Shown here piece after piece: positions 13,058 through 26,379 of a DNA stretch of 64,000 bases; the first letter of the stretch is position 1, and the number at the start of each line of letters is the position of its first letter. The notes under the pieces were generated by a model. That model ran no database searches, was not told the origin of the DNA, and was given only the letters and a program-made list of their open reading frames with translations. Source of the stretch: Kondoa subrosea (lineage: Eukaryota); assembly GCA_039545335.1 (NCBI GenBank), contig BCIN01000001.1, positions 3,599,136 to 3,663,135 of the forward strand, written 5' to 3'. The position numbers were made by a program, and so were the translations under genes.

Positions 13058-15085
13058 CTATGCTTTCGCTGACTGCCTGAAAGACCACTCGATAAGCACA
13101 TAGATAATCTACTGGAGCGCGTCAGCACCGAAGATGCAACTGCTTTGCCTGAGAAGGCTTACTGCATCGCAAGTTCCGTTCGACAAGATCATAAACCGAC
13201 TTGCTGCATGCAGAATACCGTTGAAAGGTCCAGGTTCTCCCGTGAAGTCGACGATAACCCTTGCTAGCGATAAGCTGAATAACAAGACGTACTGCAGAAG
13301 GCAATGAAAATCGAACGAATAATATGCTGAGCATCATCACTTACTGCTGCAGGATAGAGCAACATCAAAAGACTAGCTTTCCTGTTCATATCTGCACTGC
13401 TCAACTTTCTTTGCTGAGGTATCGGCGTTCGTTCACCAGCTTCCATATGGAGCATGTCGGTGAATGAGGCCAACTCCTTCGACGCCTTCACGTTCGCGGC
13501 TGTTGCATAATCTGTCAAGTTTTCTCGATTGCGTTTTGACATTGCGTGAAACTGAGCGTCTATGCTGAAAGAACGCAGGCTTCCGAGACTAGACTCATTA
13601 CTTTGTTGGCTATCAGAGTGTAAGAGATTCGTAGCGCTTGGTATATGGGGAAGATTCGAGCAGCTAGGGATTGCGCTAAGAGTGCCGCCACTGATGGACA
13701 TCGATCTCGATGGTGAGCCGTCTTGAGAAGATTGGCGACTGCTCAATGATGGTGCTCTGCGAATGTCGCCAAAAGTGTAGGTTTTAGGACTGCACGGCTG
13801 ACCAGAAGGGATGCCCTTCTCGCCCAAGGTCTTCTCCCACAGATCCGTATTCCAAGTGACCACATCCGGTAGTTCGAAAGATTGGGTCTCGGCTGATTTG
13901 TTGAGGTGATGGCGGCCAATGAGTGTGATCTCACTAGACCTCCTAGTGAATAGAGTAGCTTGACTATCTTGAGACAGGTTCCGATTGCCTTGTTGAGGGC
14001 GCTTATCGATTGTAGACTCTGATTGCTCACTGGTAGAGAAATTGGTTTGCACGCGAGACAGTTGTCTTGATAGCCATACAGGAGCGACAGGTGTGTCAAC
14101 CGATCTTTCTAGAGCTTGCGCGGCGGCCGTCAAAGATTTTTCCAGCTTTGTGCCAGAATAGCGGAAGAAGAAGAATAGACGAAGATAGATTGCCAGAACG
14201 ACAACAGTAGTAACAGCTCGAGGAACAAAGAGGTCCAGCTTGCCGAACAGTCCGGCTGCGATGATTTTAGGCAACATCAATATTGCTTTCGACATAATGG
14301 GAAAATCGCTCACAATCTTTAAGCAGACAGAAGCCCGCCACTTCCTCGAAATCATATAGTGCATAGCCAACAATAGCATTGACCAGACTGAAGATAGCAT
14401 TAGACTAAATAGGCACTTAGCGAACGGTTTGCCTACCCAAGCGACCAGATTGTGACGGATAGAATGACATATAAAAGATAGCGATGTAATGCTCGAGCCG
14501 CTTTTGACATAGGCTGTGTGAGCAGCAGGTATGTAGCAACAGCAATCCTGCCGAGAGCAAGGATTCAGCGAGGTCGGATTGTCTTCAAAAAGAGAACCCA
14601 CGCAATAGCCCAAAGACCATTCGCTAGAACGCATACATAATAGATGACACCTGTGATTCGACACCCAAAAGTAGATGATCCGAGACTGGCACCTTGGATT
14701 GCTCGAGACGTCGGTATTAATACCTGCCGGAAGTATTAGCTATTGCAAAGTGTTCAAAGTCAGTGTAACGTGCTGAAAATGCTTCCAAGAAATCTGTGAC
14801 TGCCAGTCCCAAGATAAGGCGATGCCGCACCTTCCGCATTTTCGATGAAAGCAAGAAGGGCAAAATCATGGACATAGCTCCACACATCGACTTTATGAGC
14901 AGGATGAGAGCCTTGATGATCTGCAACACATCGGGACGCACCAGACAACATAGGACAAGATCTACGATGTTGATAGTCTGAGGCGACAAGACCATAAGAG
15001 CAGCCGCGTCTCCATCCTCCTGATCTTGACTAATTGCTGATGCATTGAAGATGCCATTGTTGAGAGCTGGGAAACTACTATTCAT
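13058..15085 (-). CDS. Git3/Gpr1-like fungal G-protein-coupled receptor
   Basis: KVRHRLILGLAVTDFLEA (TM2-like); TM5 LFVPRAVTTVVVLAIYLRLF; long Ser-rich loop; KASLLMLLYPAA (TM6); last exon IIYVLIEWSFRQSAKA*. Confidence 0.7.
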
Positions 15086-15732
15086 GCCAATACATGCGAT
15101 CTTCCCTTCGACCGCTCGCCGTTATTTTTTGCCCAGCCCAATTATAACGTTTCTGTGCTTGAATAGATTTGCGCGCTCTTCTAGCTCAGAGATCTCTTGT
15201 TTATCAAACACCGTATTGAGGCCAGATGTACACCGGCCTTTGAAAAGGCGAACACAATAAAGCAGTTCCTATCGTAATAATGTTGAAAGCGAGATCTTTG
15301 CCGTCCTTCGTGCCTTCTTCGTGCCGGCTCCACTGCCCAGCAAGTGAAGCACAGCTCTCTTGATAACAGGCAAGTCGAACTTTGATTTGCTGTAGGTGGA
15401 GCAGGACAACCAGAAAATGCGGTTCTGGATAAATTCGCGGCAAACGGTCGGCCATTTCGCGCTATCAAATTATTATTATATAAGATCAAGTTTCTCGTGT
15501 GTTCTATGCCGCGCTAAGCCTATACGACAAAGCACAAGGTTTGAGCAATGAAGAAGTCCAATGTAATTAGCTGGAGGAGAGCGAAGACATGAAAGAAAAA
15601 GAGAGCTGAAACGATAGCAAGAGAAGCCTAAGACATATGCGACAGACAAGCCATGATTTCGATGTTATTCTCCTTGCAATTCTTCTACAAAGAACGCATA
15701 TCTATGAAAATGGACTTCTCTCGACGAACGAC

Positions 15733-18542
15733 TTAAAGCTCATCACGTGGTCTTGGCTCTTCATCTGCTCCTCCTTGTTGGTAGATCTATCATTACACTC
15801 AGTCCAACGTCATTAACAAAGGGCGGGATATGCATACCTTAGCTGTAATTGGAGAAATGACAGCTTGAATCTCTTCACGCTTCTCGTCAATCTCTTCAGT
15901 GCTGGCAGATTTGCCTTCGCCTTCGAGCCAGTCTTGACCTGCACATGATAAAGCTTATCAGCTGCTGCAAGCATATAGACTTAACGTTACTGACCCTTCT
16001 TAATTTCGGCCAAGATAGTCTTCTTGTCACCAGAATCAAGTTTAGCTCCTAATCCTTCTTGATCGTTGACTTGAGACTTAAGACCAGACAAGAAGCTTTC
16101 AAACTGGTTGCTGGATTCGACCTTCTTGCGAAGTCTGAGCACAGAGCATCAGTAAGCGATTTCAATGACTTGGTATGGAACACACTCTTCATCCTGGGCG
16201 GCGTATTCCTCGGCTTCTTTGACCATTCGCTCGACTTGTTCAGGGCTGAGTCTTGAAGAATCGTTGGTGATAGTGACCGAGTTTGACTAAATCACACTGT
16301 AAGTAAAACGCGCCCGCGGAATAGACGCTTTCGACTTACTTTTCCTGTACCCTTGTCTGTTGCACTAATGCGCACTGAAAAATCACACAGCTTTGGTCAG
16401 AAGCATACCGAAACCAAAAATAACTCGACTGACTGATTCCGCTGGAGACCAAAAAATATTAGCTATTGTCTTGGAGCACAGCACACGCGAACTTACTTGG
16501 CATCAATATCGAAAGTGACCTCAATCTGAGGAGCACCACGAGGAGCAGGAGGAATACCGTTGAGTTCGAATTGACCCAAATGGTTGTTGTCTTTTGTCAT
16601 GGATCGTTCACCTTCAAAGACTTGAATCAAGACAGTAGGCTGGTTATCGGCCGCGGTGGAGAAGATTTGAGATTTCTTGGTTGGAATTGCAGTGTTTCGA
16701 GGAATGATCTTTGTGAAGACACCACCAGTAGTTCTGTGCAGAGCTGTTAGGCAAGACATACTATTGTTTTAATGTTCAACGCACTCAATACCAACAGTTA
16801 ATGGGCAGACATCCAAAAGAACAATGTCACCAAGACTTTCTTCACCAGAAAGGATACCAGCTTGAACAGCTGCACCATAAGCTACAGCTTCATCGGGATT
16901 GATACCTTTGGCGAGATCTTTGCCTCCAAAGAAGTCCTTTAGAAGTTCTTGAACTTTAGGAATACGGGTAGAACCACCGACAAGAACGATGTCATCAACA
17001 GCTTCCTTCTTTACGTTGGCGTCTTTGAGGACTTGTTCAACAGGGCGCATAGTCTTTCGGAAGAGATCAATGTTGAGTTCCTGTTGATACGGATCTACAA
17101 TTAGATACAATTCGATGAATAGAAGACAATTACTGACCTCGAATTTGGCCCGGGTCAAAGTCTCTGCCAAATCTTTACCATTGAAGAATGATTCGATATC
17201 CAGTCTGACACTGGCCTGGCTTGAAAGAGCTCTCTTGGCACGTTCGACTTCACGCTTGAGTTTACCCATGGTTCTTAAGTTGCCAGTAATGTCTTCACCG
17301 TCATTCTTCCTCTTCCACAACTTCACGAAATGATCGATGACTCGGTTATCGAAATCTTCACCACCCAAATGAGTGTCACCAGCGGTAGCTAGGACTTCGA
17401 AAACACCATCTTCAATAGACAAGAGCGAGACATCGAATGTTCCTCCTCCTAAATCATAGACAATAATTTGACGTTCACCTTCACTGGCTTTCTTGTCGAG
17501 ACCATAAGCGATCGCGGCGGCGGTAGGTTCGTTGACGATACGAAGAACGTTCAAACCGGCAATAACACCAGCATCCTTTGTAGCTTGTCGTTGAGCGTCA
17601 TTGAAGTAAGCCGGAACGCTGTTTCATCCTGGTGAGCTAAAGGTCGGGGGTTTCAAACGAGAGCGCTCACGTGACAACAGCGTGAGTGACTTTCTCATTG
17701 AGGTAAGCTTCAGCAGTCTCCTTCATCTTGGTCAAGATCATAGCAGAGACTTCTTCAGCTGTTAATTCCTTGTTCACACCGTTTGACTTGATCTCGATGA
17801 CTGGCTTGTTGCTTTTGCTCTTAACTGTGAAAGGGTAATGTTTGCTGGCGAGGAAATATATCAGTTCTGGGCAAAGAACAAGCAAAGCTGAGCCCACATA
17901 TCGCGTTGGACATCAGCATCGTTGTAGTTTCGGCCCAGAAGACGTTTTGCGTCGAACTTCAGGAATGCCTTGAGCTGATTTATACAGGCATCGGGAACAG
18001 ACACGTACAATGGTGTTTTCAGGGTTTTGAGCAGCTTGGTTCTTTGCTGCATCACCGACTAATCGTTCATCTTTCGTGAAACCAACATATCTAACCTCAA
18101 TTGGTTCAGCCGACTGTTTGGTATCTGTTACGAAGATCTCACGAAGGTGTAATACGGTTTCCTTGATCGTTAGTTAGGATTTCTACCACACCCTTCTTTT
18201 GCACGCTAATCCGCTGGAATGAGCTATTATCTAGGCTCAACAATGCTCTACTTACGCTACACATGAGTAGGTTGTGCCCAAATCAACTGTAGCACGACGG
18301 CAGAGATCAGACTCGAAAAGCATGAACACGTCGCAAATATTGCACGCACTCCCAATAACCTGTGATGATCAGCGATTGAGTTCATGCATGTCGAATTAGG
18401 CACGAGGAGGATGACATACTGTTCCATAGGATTCGTTGGCATCTGCTTGGACCGGCGAAGAACCAATGAAGCAAAGCGCGAGCAGCAAGACTGCTAGCGA
18501 GCCAAAGAGGTTCCTCGATAAGGTTCTGCGACTACTGGCCAT
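15733..18542 (-). CDS. KAR2: ER luminal Hsp70 BiP
   Basis: Signal peptide; [56 protein letters not shown]; ends ...PRDEL* (ER retention signal). Confidence 0.97.
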
Positions 18543-18687
18543 GATTGTGTTCTGCTCGACTTGTAGAGGACCAGCTCTGTTCAAGATAAAAGGGCGTTGC
18601 TCAAACTCAAAATTCCAGAATATGCGCGTCAACCAGTCAGCCACATCGCGGATCCCCTGCCTGAGCTAGCGTCAGACAGTAAATAGT

Positions 18688-18704
18688 ACACGTAGCACAC
18701 GTCA
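18688..18704 (-). promoter_or_regulatory. Putative UPR element (tandem ACGT-core bZIP sites) upstream of KAR2
   Basis: The minus strand reads TGACGTGTGCTACGTGT about 150 bp upstream of the KAR2 ATG. This resembles XBP1/Hac1-type TGACGTG and TACGTG elements. Confidence 0.5.
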
Positions 18705-18855
18705 GCAGACTCAGAAGAACATTTTCGACTTCATCCAGCGAACGAAGGACTCATGCTCGAATGCTTTACATTTGCTCTTTGGCAGGATATACTATCTTAC
18801 AGTCACCATTGTCCATGCACTACCATCTGACTCTTCTTCTCCTTGATTTGACTTT

Positions 18856-21800
18856 TTAAATTCTTGGACTTGGCCCAGATTGCGAGGTGGAAGAACCTGG
18901 ACTGACTCCTCTGAGTTCACCAAGGAAGTCAGAAGTATGATGAAGAGCTTGCTGAGGATTGTTTGGATCGAAATTGTGGCCTAAAGCAGCGGCAGAAAGA
19001 AGTGACATGGGTTCATGTTCTGCAGGAGGACTGGCCATCCAAGACATCCAAGGTGGTGGTGAATTGCCAACAGATCGCATACCATCCAGACCTGACATGT
19101 TTGGAGGTGAGGTCATGTTGAAATGGGATGAAGCGATGTGCCCATCAAAGCCTTGAGTGAATCCGCCAAGAGGTGCAGCTGCTGCATTGCCCATGAAAGA
19201 AGTGAGTAGGTCATTGAACATGGTGTTGGAGAGTTGTGGATCTCCCGCATGAAGTGGATCTAATCCACGCACTGCAGTATGATCCATTGACGTGGTAGGC
19301 GGTGAAGCGAAGGTGAAAGAGGAAGACGGCGGCATTGCTGAAGAAGTACCGCGAACAGGATCAAATGGTCCTGGTAAGATTGTCGAATCTGATCCCCTTG
19401 ATAACAGATCTGGTCTTCTTGCCGATGGAGCGGACATTTTTCGTATATCTCGACCTTGTGCATTGCCCATGTCAAAAGGCGGAGATTGCAAACCGCCCAT
19501 CTGTGAGATGCCATCCATACTCTCGTCTACTTGTGTTTCTGCCGTACGCTTTCTTCGAGGAGGTTGCTTGTCTGTATTTCCCTCTTCGGCTATTTCTCTT
19601 TCCGCTTCAGCTAGATCCACAAGCCCGACCAACAATTCTCTTTGCCGAGCTGCACTTCCCCATATGATTTCCATTTCTTTGAGTGCTTTCATGCATTTTG
19701 CTAAACTGACTTGGGCCGTTTTTGCTTCGCCCGGCCAACGCGTGTTGTAGACACACATAATGGCAGCAGAGAAGACGTAGTAGACCATGAAAGGGACAGC
19801 CTGTTCAAGGCCATATGTCTTGCTATAAACTGTAGCGATGCTGCGACAAACCAGTCAATAAGCAACTCAGGGCAAGCACTGTCAACTAACTTTGCAATAG
19901 CATTGGCTGCAGTAGTGGCAATGGAGTGACTTGGCAAAGCGGAAGTAGGTGCCGCGTCTTGATTTGCCGGGATACTAAGGCTGAATGTGAGTACATTCTC
20001 ATCATCCCCGCAGGAGGGCAAAGAGGCCTACAATGGGCGATGTAACAGTATTAAAGCGCAAAAGAATTGGCAATGAAGCACAAGGATATGGGGTGGAGGT
20101 GGTACTTTGCTTGTAGCAGAATAGCGCAGATGAGCTGGAAGATCGAGGTAAAATTTCGCTAGACCTTGATCGAGATGCGACAGAAGTGCTTCGCTGGCTT
20201 GGCCAAGGACACGAACCCGGATAGCGTAAAGGTGAGAGATGATACGGCTCATGTGGACGGATAGTTCGGACGAGCGATTGAAAGTCGAAATAGCATAAGT
20301 CTTGGTTCCTGGCATACCAGCCGAAGCGAGACGAGAAGAATTGGATGAGGCCAGAGATTGGGGTAGCTGATTGTAGTCTGTTCCATCTAAGCGGACTGGT
20401 CGCCATTGGTCATGTTCGTCAGGCTCATCTTCAGACGGCAGTTGAGTATCCCAATCTCGCTCAAAAATAGCCATCGGACGTCCGATGTCTGTAGCACAGA
20501 TCAGGGCGACCTCTCTTTATGATGAGATGGATCCTTACAAGCTGAAATGTACTTGTCCAAGTTCACACATCCCCACCAGGCTCGTTTTCTACTTTGTTTT
20601 TCTATTGGCACGATGAAAGTTAGCAAAGCCCCAGAGAATTCGGGTTCCGCTGACCCTCATGCGAGAAGCGAGCCACGGGCATGCACCAACGGTCAACATC
20701 TCGGAACAGACCCATATCTTGAGCCATTCTAATAGCCATACCAACCAGTCTGAAGGGATAATACTTCAGCCCGTGTATTTGTATGCCTGTCGGTCTGACT
20801 TACGACCAACTTTGAGCCATTTTACCTATGCCAACCTCTCGATAAGCCAATAACAGTAAACCTTGGACTGTTGACAAATGACTGCTTCCATAGTCATCTT
20901 GCGACAGAAGTCGTTTGGCAGCATCAACGAATTTGTCGCCTGCAGACCAATAGACACCTTCAACCCTTTCAATATCCGAATCCAAATAACGGGCAGCTAA
21001 GGCAAAGACAGTGAGAAGTAGGAAGACAGGGACTTGATCGCTTGATCCGCCGAATGCTAAGGGCTCCGCATTCGATTTGTTGAGCTGAACAATGAAAAGA
21101 GGTCGGAATAAGACAGGGAAATGGGGATGAACGAAAGCCCAATATGCGTCAAGCAATTTGGTTTGGGTGGCTTTATCTGGCATGATGTCTGATATACCAG
21201 CCGTACGTAGCATTTCTTGTTGAGATGGCATAGCACTTTCGCTAGGTTGAACTGAAGGCCAAATGCCAGCTTTTGGAAATTGCCAGAAGAAGTTCTGATA
21301 TCTTGCTGAGTCGCTGATCAGATAAAGACCACTTGATCTATATGACGAAGATTTACTGAGCGCTCGGGATTAAGTGGAATGTACAACATACCGTCCATGA
21401 TAGCGGATTTCAGCGTGCTCGTTCAAACTCAGCTGACCAACTACGTCTGACAGTTCTGTCAATGCTTCTTGGTTGCCGCCAACGATTGCTCCATTACCAG
21501 CGAAACCAGTGTGATTGATTGTCGAGATTCTTGGTCCGAGACTTCCGTCTGGACTTTTGCCTTGTTGTGAAGCTTGAACAGCAAAAAGCGAAGTAGGCGT
21601 TCTTGCTACATTAGGTCTCTCAGCTTCTGCTCCACTGACTGTTTTCCTTCTCCTTTGCGGACGGGAGTCGTTTCCTCCCAGGAGAACGGGATCGATTTCA
21701 TCGTTGCCCAAGAAACTAGTATCGCCGGAAAGTGATATATCATCCATTAAGCTGTTGGATACGTTCTGCTGCCACATCGGAACTTCATCAGGTCCATACA

Positions 21801-22681
21801 GACCATCAGGTGATGTGGCTGAGGGTGATTTTCGAGCTGAGGTGCTAGCATCTGGAGCAGTCGGGGGAGCCCAAGATCGTCTAGCTTTCCCGTCCACACC
21901 AATAGCGGCAGCTGCTTTGATATCTCTTGCAAAGAATTCTCTTGTCTCCTCATCGCCAATCAATCTACAGTGCTTTGATGAGCACCCTGAGATCCCCGTG
22001 AGCTGCGATACCTACTCTGTCAGCAAAGCTTGTGCTCTTGGATCGTCATTTGTCAGCAGTCCGCCCAATAAAGCTTCCATTCGATGCAAGCGAGATTCGA
22101 CCGCTTCGATGTAACCCTTCGGAGCTGGAAACGGATAGCCAATATTGAGCAATGATTATGAAGACATCAGTGCAAATACTCACGACCGCTGGTAAGCCCA
22201 GTTGTACTTCAGCGTACTGCTGTATTGATAGCAAGAGCAGACTTACCGTTTCCGGGAGTTTGTGCGAAACGTGCATTCCTGACTGGTATTCACGCTGGAG
22301 ACGGGGTTCAGCTTTCGATAGACTGGTTCACTGAAGATACTGACCAGTTTTCGCAAGGGCCAATCAAGGTACCATCTGTATCCGGGTGCAGCGTGCATTT
22401 GCATTCTATTGCAAAATCATTAGACTGGCATCAAAGCGGGTGCAACATCAAGCTCACTAGCTTTCCTGCATTGATCGCAAGCTAATCGGGAGATAGCGAC
22501 ATCAGTCCGCGACAACAGAGCTTCAATAGCATCGGATCCTACCTTTGGACGAGCGACGCTTAATTTCCTCTTTGTCTGCCTTGTCTTGAGCTGCTTTAGA
22601 CTTCTTCTTTGCGGCCTTGGATGTGGAAGGTGCGCCAGAAGGTTGCACAGAGATATCGACTCCACCAGGCCAGGAAGTCAT
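18856..22681 (-). CDS. Zn(II)2Cys6 transcription factor with fungal-specific TF (middle homology) domain
   Basis: RRSSK|ACDQCRKA|KCKC..GPCENC; GYIEAVESRLHRMEALLG; LLDAYWAFVHPHFPVL; STVQGLLLLAYRE; LHCQFFCALILLHRP. Confidence 0.88.
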
Positions 22682-22933
22682 GCCTTGATTATGCAAGTTG
22701 CGGAGAAGCAAAGTTTTTGAAGTCTATCTCTGGCAGTGTAGGGTACTACGTTTGAAGATAGCTCTCTGTGCCACTTTTTGAAACTTGAGGAGCCCAATTC
22801 GTCGCTTGAGGAAACAAGCGACGTCGGTCTAAAGTATTTAGCCGTGTCGGTTACTCGGTCTCTTGCAGGGTCTCTCAGATTGTCGGGAGTCATTACAAGT
22901 CTGCTAATTCAGTTCCTGGAATGTCCTGCTGCA

Positions 22934-25900
22934 TTACAACAATAGTAAACGCAAGAAATCAATGAGTACTGTGTAGAAAAGCGAAGAGGTCCCATCTCCC
23001 TGTAAGCTGTCATGCAGACGACCGAAAGCTTCAGCAGTAGCTAACCAGCAAACGTAAGATTGAGGTCCTCTGTAAGGGGAAACGGCGAACTAACCATTTG
23101 CTCCAAGTGCCAATTTGAGACCGTCAGGTGCTTGAGCGACAAACAATTCTCTGGCCTTCTTGCGCGTCGCTTCCTTCTCTTCAGTGGATCGGACAGACAC
23201 AGGATGATTCGTACTATGCCAAACTCCGTCAGGCCAGAAGCTTTCTTGCATCTCTTCAATCTTCCGTCCTATCGTTGCCGCATCTGCCGTATTAACGACT
23301 TGAGCAAAAGCGAGCTTAATAGGGCCTTGATAGCTTGTCCTTAACACAGTCTCAATCTAAGCGCCGCTTCATCAGAATAAGTCTGGTTACAGCAACAATC
23401 AAATGGACTGACTACTTTCAGAATCCCTCGTTTCAAGCTCCACTGACTATCCGTCAGTTGATAAGCGCTATTTAATACCCCCAGCACGCTGTTCATCAGA
23501 TGCTCGAAATCGGTAGGTGTGATTTCCGTATCTTGATGAATCGAAATTGGTCTTGATGGTACGTTTACAAGAATAGGAGGAGGCGGCTGAGCTTTAGGTA
23601 CTTCCACCTCTTGCACTCGCTCGGCTTCTTTAGCTGTGTTTTGCAATTCGGAGTGAAGTGCTGCCGCGAAAGGATCTTCTTTCTGAATAGGCATTGGAGT
23701 ATCCATATCCAGCGGCGCTGGACTTGACGGTCTGCGTATCGATACAGGTCGAGATACTTTTCCTTCCGATGCTTGGTACTGGGCTTTCAGATTGCTTGAA
23801 GAAGTCTTTGGCGAGATAGCGCAAGCAGCGACTGAAGAGGTCGAGGGTCTTCGACTTCGCACAGTGGGACTATCTAAGCGGAATTCATGTATCGATCCTC
23901 TTCTGCTTGACGGTGCAACTGATGCTGCTCTACTAGCCGATGGCGTGCTCAGAGGTGGCATTTCAGGTGACATTAAAGTGAAATCAGACAGCATGTTGCC
24001 GAAAGACGCCAATCCTTTACTGGCCAATTTACCTGTCTTTCCCATTACTTTGATGGCGCTGCCTCCAACTTTGGTCAGTTTCTCGGCCAACTCATCAAGT
24101 TCTCGATCAACAAAATCGACTTTCGGTGTCGCTGGTGCAGGATTTGAGTTTGTTCGTTCTCGTTTGAAGAAATCAATTGCAGGTTTGGATTTCATTAGAC
24201 GTTCATCAGAGACGAAGGCGACTAGATAGGCTTCGAGGCTCTTGCTGAGCTCATCTCCAGTTTTTGCAATGATAGAAGGGAGGGAAGGTTTCTTGTTTGC
24301 ATGGGTGGTAGTGACAAGTTGGAGATCCATCTTCTCTATCTCGGCGTAGCTACGTTGTAAGATGTAAGAAGGAGTGCCATCAACTGTTTCCACCGCTATC
24401 AGGTACAGGAGATCTCGCTTGGAAACGATATGGCGTTTGCTATCGTATGCTGATGGCTCAGAAAGGTCGGTCACAGTCACTTCCGGTTCAGTCATAGCGG
24501 AGATATCCGATCTGCTGCTAGAGGTAGAAGCTCTTGAACTACTAGACTGAAAAGCGCTCGAATTGACGATTGAATCCAATGCCGAGGAGGAAGATTCGCC
24601 TGAACTTCTGGTTGGAGATAGGCTGCGAGGAGATCGAGCCGGTGTGACGATTTGTGAATTTCTTCTTGAAGCAGGAGCTGATTGCCTGTTGTCCATAAAT
24701 GGATGAAAGAAATCCTCTTCCAGTCTCGTTGCGATCCACTCTTTCAAGATAGTCAATCCAGAAGGAGAAGGCTTCAAGCCAGCAACCGCAATGAAACAGG
24801 TCGCCAAAACTTGCTGTAGCTCTTCATCTGCTCCCATACTTGCCGTATATAGCGATTGACATATACGGGACAGCACAGATACACAGTCTTGTCTTGTGCT
24901 TTTTTCATCGCCGGTGTGCATGTCGGACACTTTCCTGAACGACTCGAGTTGACCATAAGAACGCATTAAAGCATGCCCTTGCATTCGCTTGTCTGATTCC
25001 AGGGTATCAATATGATCCTAGCGTATGATCAGTCATGCCACGACAATCTAACACAGCGCTTAGCTCACCTGGAATTTATCTGCCAACTCCTCGTTCTGCC
25101 CGGTCAAAACATGTTGAAGTATTCGGACGCTTGGCGTCAAAGTACTCTCGGCATTGGTTACCTCGCGAGGATGTTCAGCCAGATACAGTTCGATCTGCTG
25201 TACCAGGTTGGCTGACACGTCTTCTGGACCTTTGAGGAAGACATCGATCACTGATCGCATGTCGGGTGGTCCGGCTTGCGATGTTGTGGAAGCAGGCGAA
25301 GAAGGGACTTGTTCGTCTTGTATTGCGAGAGATCGGAAAGAGGTATGTGTTGGCGAGGGAGAAGATGCTAGATCCACTAAAGGACCAAAAGAGCGTCTTC
25401 TGCTTCTTGTAGAATCTGCTGGTGATTCGTTACGACTGACTATAGTAAGGTTCAGTAGGTCGGCATCGAAAGAAGTGACGCTTTTCCACAATGAAAGCGT
25501 TAAAACTTCGGTAAGCAATGCGATAAAAGCTGGAGAAGATGTTGCGGCTGGAGGAGCAGATACCAGTAGAAGCTCTTCCGCAACTGATCTGAGCTTGCTG
25601 ATCATGTCTTGATTTCGTTGCTTTCTGCCCTCATCGTCGTCTGCGGGCGATTCTTTTTGTCTCTTGATGTCAGCTATGAGCGCGTTCGAGAAGGAATGGA
25701 GAAGATAGATTCCTGCTTCCTTGGCGTTAAGAGCAGAAGAGCGAATGTGTAAAGCGTTAACGAGCCCGTTGACTAGATACACATTTGCTCAGACATGTTT
25801 GGCTTCTTTCACGACAGACGCACGAATAGACCGTGCCTGAGCAGGGAAGCGTCGGTCGCCTAGTGAGATCGTGGTTGAATAGGGCAGATCTATGAAGTCT

Positions 25901-26321
25901 CGAGTGACCAAGTTCAAGAGCACATCAAGCGGTTGCTCGAGTTCTGGCGAGACAGCTAGCTGAGTGATATCTGAGTGTCCGAGTAGAGTCGGTACAGCTG
26001 TTACCTTCTCTTCTTGTCGATGCGACGACACTGTAGGCTCGCTGACGGTCTGCTATTTCCGCATGAGCAAATTTATGACCAATCTGGGAGATCAGACAGA
26101 CCTTGGTGCCGGCAAAGCTATCGACCAAGATTCTAAATCTAGGCTGCAAACACAGGCCTCTGCAGATGAATAGCGCATCAGTCCGAGCCTAGCTTTTCTC
26201 CAGACTTTATAACGAACATTGAAACAACCGCGACGGCGAAGACTGGCAAGAGCAGGCCAATCCATTGCAAGGCGGCCAAACAGAAGATCACTGCAGCAAT
26301 TAGCTGGCTCTGGCTGAGCAT
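22934..26321 (-). CDS. PXA-PX-PXC sorting nexin-like protein (Mdm1/SNX13-14 type)
   Basis: N-terminal TM segments; PXA start LDVLLNLVTRDFIDLPYSTTIS..RFP; PX-like YLIAVE..LQRSYAEI..LPS..LEAYL..FF; nexin-C-like QWSLKRGIL..SFWPDG..ARELF..APDGLKLALG. Confidence 0.7.
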
Positions 26322-26379
26322 TGAGGAGGAAGAGTCGCTGCTGGGCAGCAACGAGAAATCTTTCCCTTGATTTGCAATA

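Noticed and set aside
13011..13080. Possible box C/D snoRNA (ATGATGA...CTGA)
   Set aside because: There is no terminal stem or recognisable guide sequence, and the D box lies antisense within the last GPCR exon.
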